Positions 55,762 through 64,000 of a DNA stretch of 64,000 bases are shown piece by piece (the first letter of the stretch is position 1; each line of letters opens with the position of its first letter). The position numbers and the translations under genes were made by a program. The notes below the pieces were generated by a model. It had not been told where the DNA came from. It saw nothing but the letters and a program-made list of their open reading frames with translations, and made no database searches. The DNA lies in the IMG/VR virus record IMGVR_UViG_3300017725_000001, positions 1 through 64,000 of that record; one strand, written 5' to 3'. This DNA comes from a virus.

Positions 55762-57318
55762 TTATAGTAGGCTAAATGGCATTGGTTCCATACCGTCATC
55801 ATCTTCAAAGTCGTCATTAAGGTATTCAAATGCACTTTCTTCGTATTTTGATACTTCCATACTCATACGTACTATTAATACTAATGACATTACCAAGTCA
55901 TCATTTTCGCCATCTTTAGCTGAATAGCTATTTCCTCTAGCTATAAATGTTTTTAATTCTCTTAATAGAGGCTTACTTGCTACCTCTAACTTATCAGTTT
56001 CAATCCAATGCTTTAGTTTAGCACAAGCTGATATTTTTGATTTATGTGTTGTAGTAAAGCCTCTTCTGTATCTTCTAGCATTTCCATGCTGTCTTGTTTC
56101 AGTTAAAAATGTACCAGGAAAGTTTTCTTCTCCTTGTTCTTCTACTGTAACCAGAGCCGCTTCACCAAGTGTATTATTTTCCATGCTATAATATATTTCA
56201 CAATCGTTATTTGTTTCACTTTCAATGTATTGTGCAATCTCACGTAAAATTTTAATCTGTCCTTGTACAGTAGTTCTATTGTGCATCCACTCTGCCATTT
56301 GTTTCATTCCTGGCATTTGATAAACTTGTATAGCACTATTATCTCCTCCTGTGCCTAAACTTGGATCCAATGCTATCATATAAAGTTTACCTTTTGCTAA
56401 TGGTGCATACCACCTAACTTGACCTGCTGTTGCGTAAGGGTCCCTTGCTTCCATATTTGCAAGTCTAATACTATCAATTAGTGTTTCATCAAATGCAATA
56501 AATTCACATTTATGTTCACGTCTAAATCTTTCTTCGCCAATTTTTCCTAATTCAACTTCAGCCCAATCTTCATCTCTATCTGGGTGAGCTTCCCAAGTTG
56601 CTTGATAATGAGCAAATCCATTTATACCAGTAGCAGTTTCGTTTCCAAATTCATCTTGATTCTTTAATGAGTCTCGCCAAATTTGTGCAAACTGATCGTC
56701 ATCCATGTTTGGTGTACTTGTAATAATACATTTACCACCTGTTGCTAGTGTAGGTGAAAGTGAGGTCCAAAACTCTTTAGCTATGTTTGGTCTAACAAAT
56801 GCAAACTCGTCTAAGTATACTAATGAAATAGATAAACCTCTACCTGTGTTTTCTGTTGTTGACTGTGCAATAATACGACTACCGTTATCAAACTCTAAAC
56901 TACCTTTATTGTAACTTGTTACACCAGCACGTATAAAGTCTGGAAGTGTTTCGTATGCAAATCTAACACGTTGCATAATTTCACTAGCACCTGCATATTT
57001 GTGTGCCGCTACTAAAATTGTTTGATCAGGATTAAACATAGCATACCATAACAGGTAACCTGCCGCACAGGTACTCTTACCCATTTGTCTGGCTAACATA
57101 CTAATACTGTATCTATTTTTATGATATACGTCTACTAGCTCGTCTTGAAAATTATATAGATCAAATTTTAGACGTCCTTGAGTAGGATGTTGAATATAAC
57201 AATGCTCCCTCATAAAATATTTTGGGTCATTGGCACATCTAGCTAACTCAGTAAGTTGAGCTTCTGTATATTTTTCTTTTCTATAAGGGGTTTTGGTTAA
57301 TTTTGTGTCTACTGCCAC
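55762..57318 (-). CDS. Terminase large subunit
   Basis: ARQMGKST, LDEFAF, ITSTP, LDPSLG, DDLVM. Confidence 0.95.
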   Translation of the reverse strand: MAVDTKLTKTPYRKEKYTEAQLTELARCANDPKYFMREHCYIQHPTQGRLKFDLYNFQDELVDVYHKNRYSISMLARQMGKSTCAAGYLLWYAMFNPDQTILVAAHKYAGASEIMQRVRFAYETLPDFIRAGVTSYNKGSLEFDNGSRIIAQSTTENTGRGLSISLVYLDEFAFVRPNIAKEFWTSLSPTLATGGKCIITSTPNMDDDQFAQIWRDSLKNQDEFGNETATGINGFAHYQATWEAHPDRDEDWAEVELGKIGEERFRREHKCEFIAFDETLIDSIRLANMEARDPYATAGQVRWYAPLAKGKLYMIALDPSLGTGGDNSAIQVYQMPGMKQMAEWMHNRTTVQGQIKILREIAQYIESETNNDCEIYYSMENNTLGEAALVTVEEQGEENFPGTFLTETRQHGNARRYRRGFTTTHKSKISACAKLKHWIETDKLEVASKPLLRELKTFIARGNSYSAKDGENDDLVMSLVLIVRMSMEVSKYEESAFEYLNDDFEDDDGMEPMPFSLL

Positions 57319-57348
57319 GTTAATCCTCCTGCATTGTATTTATATGAA

Positions 57349-57384
57349 TTAACCGTGCAGTTAATACACCGCACGGTTATTTTT
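57349..57384 (-). terminator. Hairpin / terminator
   Basis: taaccgtgc..gcacggtta. Confidence 0.55.
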
Positions 57385-57398
57385 CGGGAGGGAAAATG

Positions 57399-58874
57399 TT
57401 ATTTCTTGTCTTTTTTATCTTTTTTTGACTTCTTATATGCTTCTTTGATATCTTCAACTTTATGTTCTTTTAAGCCTACTTTGAAATCTTCTGCATCTAA
57501 GTATTTTTTCAAACTTAAATTAACTGATTGTGCAAAATTCTCATATGGTTCACCATGACTAGTTTCTTTGTCTTCTGATGCACCTACTTCTGGTGTGTTT
57601 GCCCACTCGTCAACTCTTTGTTTGATCTCAGCTTCAGTTAAACCTGAATTTTTAAGAAGTGTAATTAGTTGTGTTGTATCCATAGTTGGAGCCTCTTCAA
57701 TTGTTTCTTCTTCTTTTTCTACTTTATCTTCTTCATTCATGCCTTTTGGCATATCTTTAAATCTGTTTGGTTTGTAGTTTGCGAAAGCTTCTGATTTGAT
57801 ACTATCATTCATCATACCTTCCATACTAGCTAAACCGTCTTCTTGCATACCTTGTTCTGTAAAGCCTACTTCAAAACCAACTAGTTCAGAAATTGCTTTT
57901 TCAAAACCTGAGTCTGTGTAGATGTCCCAAGGTCCATCATGTTCAACGGTTACTGATCTATAACTATCGTCTTCTTCGTCGTTCATATATCCGCCATCTT
58001 CATATGGATTCATAATAGTAATTGAATCTACTTTAACTTGTTTTGGGTTTTCACCTTCTTTATCCCAGATACTATCTCCTGCTAATGGAATTAATTTATT
58101 AACTGGAATAGATTTATTTGCTTCTTGTACTGGTGCTTCTTCTGCTGGAGTTTCTTCTGCTGGAACTTCTTCTACTGGAACTTCTTCTACTGGAGTTTCT
58201 TCTTCAATTGAAGACATTCCTGAAAGCTCTCTTAATCTGTTTGCTTCTTTAACCCAGTTGTCTTGACTTGCGTCATGTGCATCATTTGGGCAATCGCAAC
58301 CTGGTTTAGGGTTGTCTATAATACAACCACAGTCTTCGCATTTACCAGTTGCTTCTTCAATTTCTTCTACTGATTCATCTTTTTTAGCTTCTTTTTCTTC
58401 TTTGTCTTTAATAGCTTTTTGTAATGCTGGTGGTAATGTTTTTTGTTTATCAGTAATTTCTTCTAAATCATCTTCTTCTAAATCATCAATAAATTCTTCT
58501 TTTTTAACTTTATATTTTTCACCATCTACTTCAAACTCATCTTCGCCATCTTTTTTTGCTTGTGCTAATTCGCCTGAAAATTTATTACCTTCTTCTGTTG
58601 ATGGTTCAGTTGGTTCAACTGACTCTTCTGTATCATTCATTTCATGATGACGTCTAAAATCTGCTACAAAATCTTTAATTTGATCGCCGCTCATATATCT
58701 GATTAATTCATCTAATACTGGGTTATTAGCATCTGCACCTAATTCATCAATTAAATCATAAATTGGTTTTGCAAACTCACCTACGGCTTCTTTGAATTCT
58801 CTATTATCTGTTTCTTGAGTCTGGTTCTGAGCGTTCATTCCAGACAGCTTTAGTAATCTATCTAAATCACTCAT
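57399..58874 (-). CDS. Acidic low-complexity head internal/scaffold protein
   Basis: Repeated RL..LSGM motifs, many E-rich segments, EEGNKFSGEL. Confidence 0.6.
   Translation of the reverse strand: MSDLDRLLKLSGMNAQNQTQETDNREFKEAVGEFAKPIYDLIDELGADANNPVLDELIRYMSGDQIKDFVADFRRHHEMNDTEESVEPTEPSTEEGNKFSGELAQAKKDGEDEFEVDGEKYKVKKEEFIDDLEEDDLEEITDKQKTLPPALQKAIKDKEEKEAKKDESVEEIEEATGKCEDCGCIIDNPKPGCDCPNDAHDASQDNWVKEANRLRELSGMSSIEEETPVEEVPVEEVPAEETPAEEAPVQEANKSIPVNKLIPLAGDSIWDKEGENPKQVKVDSITIMNPYEDGGYMNDEEDDSYRSVTVEHDGPWDIYTDSGFEKAISELVGFEVGFTEQGMQEDGLASMEGMMNDSIKSEAFANYKPNRFKDMPKGMNEEDKVEKEEETIEEAPTMDTTQLITLLKNSGLTEAEIKQRVDEWANTPEVGASEDKETSHGEPYENFAQSVNLSLKKYLDAEDFKVGLKEHKVEDIKEAYKKSKKDKKDKK
58128..58205. 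repeat. 15-bp coding tandem repeat (EExPx, about 5 copies)
   Basis: Encodes EETPV EEVPV EEVPA EETPA EEAPV. Confidence 0.75.
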
Positions 58875-59368
58875 TGTCCATTCTCCTTTTGGTCTTTCTT
58901 ACGTAACTTTAAAAGTTCTTCAATAAATTTCGATTTATGATCTTCACCATAATGATCTTTATGGTCGACTTTTTCTTGTTCTGAATATTTTTCATCTGCT
59001 AACTTAACTTTATATTCTTCTTGCTTACCTGCTGGAATTTCTTCATCCGGTTCGTGTTCGCCTTTTACTTTAAAGCCTGTATGCGATACTCCCATCATAT
59101 TACGGATATCATTTTGTATTTGCCATCCACTTGCTACTCTATCAGTTTCAAATTCATATGTAAATACTTCATATCCTTTATGATTAGGGAAATCACGTGG
59201 TGCACTTTGTAGTATTGTTTTCTTCACAGCACCAAGTCCTGTTGAGTCATACTTTGTAAGGTGCTTCTCAATACGATCACATTGTTCGTCGGTAAGTTCA
59301 TGTACAGTTTTAATTTTAAACTTCCATGATTTTTTAGATTCTGTTAAATATTCTTTAAACGTCTTCAT
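58871..59368 (-). CDS. Head protein with capsid-targeting-like N-terminus
   Basis: MKTFKEYLTE resembles T4 internal-protein targeting peptides; late box at 59390-59397. Confidence 0.65.
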   Translation of the reverse strand: MKTFKEYLTESKKSWKFKIKTVHELTDEQCDRIEKHLTKYDSTGLGAVKKTILQSAPRDFPNHKGYEVFTYEFETDRVASGWQIQNDIRNMMGVSHTGFKVKGEHEPDEEIPAGKQEEYKVKLADEKYSEQEKVDHKDHYGEDHKSKFIEELLKLRKKDQKENGQ

Positions 59369-59388
59369 TACGTATTTCTCCTATAATA

Positions 59389-59931
59389 CTATTTATCATT
59401 TTCAGGAAGATTTTTCATAATTTCTGCCAACATTGCAGTTCTATCGCCAATAATACGTCCTTCGGCTATTTCTTCTTCATCTAATCCTGCTTCTCTGCGT
59501 CTAGCCTGCACATATGCATCTATTTTTTCGCTATCTTTAATAAGTCTAGCTTGACGCATTTGTAATTCTATCATTTTCATCTTTTTAGTCATTTTAGCTT
59601 CTTTAGCCTGTAGTGCCGCAGTTAACATTTTACTTGCACTATCAAATATAGGAGCCGCGTGTCTGTCTTCAACATTTTTACCAAGATCAACTAAATCTTC
59701 AAATGTATCCATTGCTTTACCTGCATATTCATCCATTTCTCTATCTAGTTGTTCTAAACCTTCTACTGTTGGTAGTGCCGCATCTGCTCTTTCAACCATA
59801 CTTAGGTCGCCTTTATACTTTTCAATTTCTTGTTTAATTTCGTCAGCAGTTGGTGCTTTTTCAGGTTCATCGTCAGGAAGTAATTCTTCCAAACTTGGTA
59901 AGTTTAATTCTTCCTCTAATTTTTTTGTCAT
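59389..59931 (-). CDS. Putative terminase small subunit-like protein
   Basis: Helical, MTKKLEEEL..; located near TerL. Confidence 0.45.
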   Translation of the reverse strand: MTKKLEEELNLPSLEELLPDDEPEKAPTADEIKQEIEKYKGDLSMVERADAALPTVEGLEQLDREMDEYAGKAMDTFEDLVDLGKNVEDRHAAPIFDSASKMLTAALQAKEAKMTKKMKMIELQMRQARLIKDSEKIDAYVQARRREAGLDEEEIAEGRIIGDRTAMLAEIMKNLPENDK

Positions 59932-60374
59932 TTTCGTTTCCTTTTAGAATTCTGCGGTTTATTAAAGATTTGTTTTTCAGTTATTACTCTAAAACCCATG
60001 CCTTTAGCTTTGCAGTATGCATTAGCCGCTTTCCACTTTTCGTGATTAACTACTGCCGCCGCTTTTTGTGCCTGTGTTTTTGCTTCACCTAATGTTTGAC
60101 TTGCTGGTTTTATCTCTACAAACTCTGCGTGGTTTGTACCTTTTTTATCTTTATAGACAATTAGCAAGTCTGGCACATATGTACTCTGTTTACCAGTAAG
60201 TGGATTCTTATATGGAATTCTGTGTGTTTCACTACCCCAACCTAATATAGAAGGATGATTATCACACATTCGCATAACTGCAAGTTCCCATCCACTTCTG
60301 TACTTTGGAACTCTTTTACCTAAGTATTTAGCTGGGTTACTAGGTGTGTATTGTCCTTGTTGAAATTTTTTCAT
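59928..60374 (-). CDS. Head completion nuclease (T4 gp4-like)
   Basis: NPAKY.G, YRSGWE, YVPD, EIKP, KWKAA, FRVITE. Confidence 0.88.
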   Translation of the reverse strand: MKKFQQGQYTPSNPAKYLGKRVPKYRSGWELAVMRMCDNHPSILGWGSETHRIPYKNPLTGKQSTYVPDLLIVYKDKKGTNHAEFVEIKPASQTLGEAKTQAQKAAAVVNHEKWKAANAYCKAKGMGFRVITEKQIFNKPQNSKRKRK

Positions 60375-60387
60375 TTACCTAACCTTA

Positions 60388-61269
60388 TTATCTTTTAATT
60401 GGTGCAGGTACTATATATGATACTCCATTAATGTTTCTAATTGCTTCACCTGTCTTGAGTTTACCTTTAAATCTCTTTAGGTTGTCTGGATTAGAAGTTT
60501 CATTAACATCCGGTAACTCTTTTAACTGTTTCTGATTACTAGTTACTTTACCTGTTGTTTTTAAGTCTTCAATATTTTCAGCATCATTTTTATCAACTTC
60601 ATACTCTGCAAAGTCATCAACTTCTACAAATCCATCATCAGCAGTAGCCGCATTTGCAAATTCTTCTGCTTGTAATATTTCAGCTTCTGTTGTAGCTTGA
60701 CCTTCACTTAAAATTTTAAAACCTTCATATGTAAATGTAAGTCTATAAATTGCTGGAGAACTATCTGAATAATCTAATGTATCAGCATCAATATTTGTAA
60801 TGTATGGATTATATATTTCAATAACGTTTTCTAGATTTTTTGCATCTTTTCTAGTAATAATTATGCTTCTTATAAAGTTTCTAGATTCAGGAGTTTTAAT
60901 TCCTTTTGGATTAGTTAAGAATGCACTATAATCGTCGTTGTTTAAAGGACCATCAACATAATGAGCTGTATAGTCTTTTAAAAACTTTTCTAAAACTGCG
61001 TCTTTAGTATCATATGCGGTAAGAGTTATAGGAGTATAATCAATACCAGTAAGAACAGTTTTCTTTGCGTTATATGCATTCAGTGTTTGCGACCTATAAA
61101 CATAGGTTGGTATCTGCACGTTTGCAATTCTAACAAGACTCAACGGAGTTGGGCTGTCTATATAATTTAATGAAACAGTAAAAGAATATTTATTTCTTGG
61201 TACTGCGTCGATTTCACCTCTTCGCTGATCTTGACTATAGACTTTATATGCTGAGTCGCCGATTGCCAT
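60388..61269 (-). CDS. Tail-tube-like baseplate/tube initiator protein
   Basis: gp19-fold pattern: P.Y..QTLN.YN, Y.PIT.T.YD, LDYSDS...LTF.YE. Confidence 0.7.
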   Translation of the reverse strand: MAIGDSAYKVYSQDQRRGEIDAVPRNKYSFTVSLNYIDSPTPLSLVRIANVQIPTYVYRSQTLNAYNAKKTVLTGIDYTPITLTAYDTKDAVLEKFLKDYTAHYVDGPLNNDDYSAFLTNPKGIKTPESRNFIRSIIITRKDAKNLENVIEIYNPYITNIDADTLDYSDSSPAIYRLTFTYEGFKILSEGQATTEAEILQAEEFANAATADDGFVEVDDFAEYEVDKNDAENIEDLKTTGKVTSNQKQLKELPDVNETSNPDNLKRFKGKLKTGEAIRNINGVSYIVPAPIKR

Positions 61270-61285
61270 CAGTGGTTCCTATCTG

Positions 61286-61894
61286 TTATCTAGTAGCGCC
61301 AGATTGTGCTGAGTCGCTAGATGCAGATTTTTCACTTAATGCGTCGTTACCATCGATTGAATGAACCGCACTATCATATCTTAATTGGATAGTTACTTGG
61401 ATCATTGTTGAATCTGCATAGTTTAGATCACCGTACTGAACGTTAGCAATATAACAACCTTGCAATTCCCACTTATCAAATACAGTTGGTGATGTACTAC
61501 CATTTGCACCATCTAGTGTTTCTAATGTTACACCAAATTTATATGCATTACCTGAAATTGAACTGTGTTGATCTGCATGGTCAACTTGTCTATTTAATTG
61601 GTTACCAATTTTCTTAATAACATTTGATTTCATGTCATCTCTGAATACGATTGAAATTGGTTCCCAGGCGTGTTTACCTGCAAGATACATTTTTGAGTTG
61701 TAAGAATCTACTACGACTTCTTCATGTGTCATTGACGGTCTGCCTGCACTAATAACGTTCTGAGTTACTTCATCTGTTGATGTTGCACCACCAAGATCTT
61801 CAAAGGTAACTCTGAACCTATAACTTAATTTAGGCATTAAAGTTGTTCCTGCTGAAGAGTCTGTTGGTACTCCAAAATTTGTAATTACAGCCAT
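61286..61894 (-). CDS. Tail tube protein (T4 gp19-like)
   Basis: PKL.YRFRV, YLAGKHAW, WELQGC, L.Y, LRYD; late box at 61940-61947. Confidence 0.85.
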   Translation of the reverse strand: MAVITNFGVPTDSSAGTTLMPKLSYRFRVTFEDLGGATSTDEVTQNVISAGRPSMTHEEVVVDSYNSKMYLAGKHAWEPISIVFRDDMKSNVIKKIGNQLNRQVDHADQHSSISGNAYKFGVTLETLDGANGSTSPTVFDKWELQGCYIANVQYGDLNYADSTMIQVTIQLRYDSAVHSIDGNDALSEKSASSDSAQSGATR

Positions 61895-61959
61895 TTTATT
61901 TCTCCTATATACTACTGTAGTATTGTTTATCTTATATTGTATTTATCAAATCAGTGTTC

Positions 61960-62035
61960 AAAAAGATAGGCTTCAGTAAAAGAAGCCTATTTTTAGGTAA
62001 TTTGACAGGCTACTAGTTGTAACCTGCCAAATTGT
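61960..62035 (-). terminator. Two tandem hairpins (terminators)
   Basis: ataggcttc..gaagcctat and aatttgacagg..cctgccaaatt. Confidence 0.6.
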
Positions 62036-62044
62036 GTAATAATA

Positions 62045-62359
62045 TTATGCTAAAAATCCGTATGTAGGGAAGGACTCGTGATCCATTCCTAATCTACCCG
62101 GAGTATCGCCAAGATCAATGCCAGCGTCTAGTATGTATTGTCTAAATGCTAGTCTTGCATCTTCGTCGTCAAAATCATATCTTACCCATACTGATCCTTC
62201 ATATAATTTATATGAAACATATACAGTACCTACTGATTCAGGTTTTCCTGCTACTGCATTTGTGATTGTAGTAAATGCAGGAGATGCTTTAAAAGCGTCA
62301 ACTGATGCGTGAGGATTACCTGGGGCTTTTCTGATTCTAAATCTAAATTCATCGGCCAT
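62045..62359 (-). CDS. Hypothetical protein
   Basis: 104 aa; AAGGAG SD. Confidence 0.6.
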   Translation of the reverse strand: MADEFRFRIRKAPGNPHASVDAFKASPAFTTITNAVAGKPESVGTVYVSYKLYEGSVWVRYDFDDEDARLAFRQYILDAGIDLGDTPGRLGMDHESFPTYGFLA

Positions 62360-62370
62360 TTTAGTTCTCC

Positions 62371-63039
62371 TTAGTTTCTTGCACAGTCAACACCCTTACG
62401 GTCTGTTGCTGGGTGAGCATATGGTAATTTGTCTAATAACCATTCTACTGTGTTTGCACGTAAATTGTCATCGAGACTTAATGCACACGATAAGTGATAT
62501 ACACCATCAACAAAAGAAAATCCATAATGAACTTTTCTTGTGTTAATTGCATACCATCTACGTGCTTCTGGTTTGAAAATTTTACCGTCAACTACAAAAT
62601 GAAATTCTGCAGAATTAGTATGATTTAAATGGCAAATCATTCTAAATGAATCGCCTGTTATTCCGTCTGGAGTTACTTGTCTCCACTTATCTCTATGTGG
62701 TGCAAGATAATCACCTTTGTTGTAAATTAAACAACCTAGTGATTCTGTGTGTGCTGGTAAATCCCAATTTTCTGGAATTACACTATATTCATGACCTTCT
62801 TTAGGACCATTATAATCGCCACTTACACGAGAACGTAGAATTTTTGCTGGGTCAGCATTCATAGCATCAATTTGCTCGACTGCGTTGTTAGGTACCCACG
62901 CATCTAATTCAATGATGTCACCTGCTGAACCAAAAAGGAAGTTTGTATCAAACGCCATATCAGTTGTCTTCGCTGGATTAAAAGTTAATCCTTCAGAAAC
63001 TGGAGTAGCGATGATTTTGTTTTGTTCTATTTTTACCAT
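62371..63039 (-). CDS. Putative 2OG-Fe(II) oxygenase
   Basis: APHRD (HxD), NTRKVHYG; start MVKIE after AAGGA. Confidence 0.6.
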   Translation of the reverse strand: MVKIEQNKIIATPVSEGLTFNPAKTTDMAFDTNFLFGSAGDIIELDAWVPNNAVEQIDAMNADPAKILRSRVSGDYNGPKEGHEYSVIPENWDLPAHTESLGCLIYNKGDYLAPHRDKWRQVTPDGITGDSFRMICHLNHTNSAEFHFVVDGKIFKPEARRWYAINTRKVHYGFSFVDGVYHLSCALSLDDNLRANTVEWLLDKLPYAHPATDRKGVDCARN

Positions 63040-63134
63040 GGTATTGTCCTTTTTAATTTTTAAAAAAAACTGTAGTCCATCTGAACTACAATGCATTGCA
63101 ATTTGCATTAGTATTTATCAGAAAGTACTAAAAG

Positions 63135-63167
63135 AAAAAGGCTACTATTAAAAAATAGTAGCCCTTT
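63135..63167 (-). terminator. Terminator after the tail sheath gene
   Basis: ggctacta..tagtagcc plus a T-run. Confidence 0.7.
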
Positions 63168-63190
63168 AATTTATTATTGTAAGTGTCTTA

Positions 63191-64000
63191 TTAGCTTAAT
63201 TCGCCAGTGTTTACAATTCTAATTGGAATGTAAATAAACTCTGCCGCTTTAGTTGGCTCAATAGCAACATCAATGTAAAATTCATTGGCGTCTATTCTAG
63301 CCGGCGTATTGTTTGTTGTATCACAAACTACTGCAAAGTCATATATTCCACGTTGTTGTAAAATATTAGCTAGGAAACCGTCAAATACTTGTTTAGCATT
63401 TGCTCTAGTACTAGTATCATTTGGCTCAAACAAGAACGGTCTTGAAATAACTGCAAAACGTTCTCTTAGGTAAGCTGTTAATCTAGCAACATTAACTCTG
63501 TCTAATGCTGAGGCACTCGCGTGTAATGATTTTTGTCCAAATACTACAACACCTTCTGCAGGAAATTTAGCTATTGGGTTTAATTTTTTATCATACATTG
63601 AGTCTCTTTGACCTTGAGTTACTGCTAGTGACACAAACTCATCTTCGCTATTTAAGTATCCAACATTTGATGCATTTTGTACAACACCACGTGTTAGACC
63701 AGCTGGTGCAAACCATTGAAATGATACATTGTCACTATACGCATAAGTGTATAATGCAATGTGTGATGCTGGTGCTACAACGTTATCACCTGTTACAGGA
63801 TTAGTTGTGTATGCGTGTGGATAATAAACTGCTGAGTAAGTATTCTTTGTTACTAGGCCGTTTTCACCATTTGTAGTTGCGCCTGTTCCTTGAATCCAAG
63901 ATACTGCTTCTGTTGGATTTAAACGGAATGGTGCATCAACAATGATAAATGCAGTTTCATCTCTATTACTGTTCAATGAAACCATTTCATCATATAGTTC
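63191..64000 (-). CDS. Tail sheath protein (T4 gp18-like), 5' end outside the window
   Basis: WFAPAGLTRG, NPI, GQK, LDRVNVARL, FEPND, VCD.TNNT, IEPTKAAEFI. Confidence 0.93.
   Translation of the reverse strand, partial: ELYDEMVSLNSNRDETAFIIVDAPFRLNPTEAVSWIQGTGATTNGENGLVTKNTYSAVYYPHAYTTNPVTGDNVVAPASHIALYTYAYSDNVSFQWFAPAGLTRGVVQNASNVGYLNSEDEFVSLAVTQGQRDSMYDKKLNPIAKFPAEGVVVFGQKSLHASASALDRVNVARLTAYLRERFAVISRPFLFEPNDTSTRANAKQVFDGFLANILQQRGIYDFAVVCDTTNNTPARIDANEFYIDVAIEPTKAAEFIYIPIRIVNTGELS

Noticed and set aside
28768-57318. Inteins or introns in nrdA, nrdB, helicase, UvsX or terminase
   Set aside because: All have normal lengths with contiguous motifs.
1398-63804. Numerous plus-strand ORFs in the ORF track
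   Set aside because: They are antisense shadows of well-supported minus-strand genes and show no motifs; only 43965-44336 is kept.
1-64000. CRISPR array
   Set aside because: No regularly spaced repeat-spacer run seen; the 48-bp repeats are dispersed promoters.
1-64000. Stop-codon reassignment
   Set aside because: Conserved genes are full length in the standard code; TAA, TAG and TGA all end genes; no suppressor tRNA (the Leu anticodon UAG reads CUA).

Overview
About 64 kb of an AT-rich, T4-related myovirus genome, most likely a jumbo-type phage of the GAP32/RAK2/Atu_ph07-like group. The host is probably a marine proteobacterium, possibly an alphaproteobacterium. Almost all genes lie on the minus strand. 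The right half holds core genes: tail sheath and tube, head completion nuclease, terminase, head/internal proteins, gp32 SSB, UvsX/UvsY/UvsW, primase-helicase, a miniature DnaE-like polymerase, NrdAB-glutaredoxin, PAAR and an S8 protease. The left half is a host-takeover/accessory region: ClpP, ClpX, ClpS, IF3, ribosomal protein bS21, a Mesh1-like (p)ppGpp hydrolase, GMP reductase, ferredoxin-NADP reductase, 2OG-Fe(II) oxygenases, a minimal ATP-dependent DNA ligase and five tRNAs. Signals read directly from the DNA: (1) the lead genes of three replication/recombination units have sigma70 promoters placed so that +1 is the A of the ATG (leaderless mRNAs), while phage IF3 and bS21 sit behind late-type ATAAATA boxes, suggesting a leaderless-to-Shine-Dalgarno translational switch; (2) a T4-ligase-like protein lacks its catalytic lysine, and its start codon is locked in a hairpin whose loop carries a late promoter; (3) a GC-rich structured RNA leader and a LysR-like box precede an operon of four tiny proteins; (4) a 48-bp early promoter/operator cassette occurs three times. 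All functional calls come from motif recognition by eye, with no database searches.
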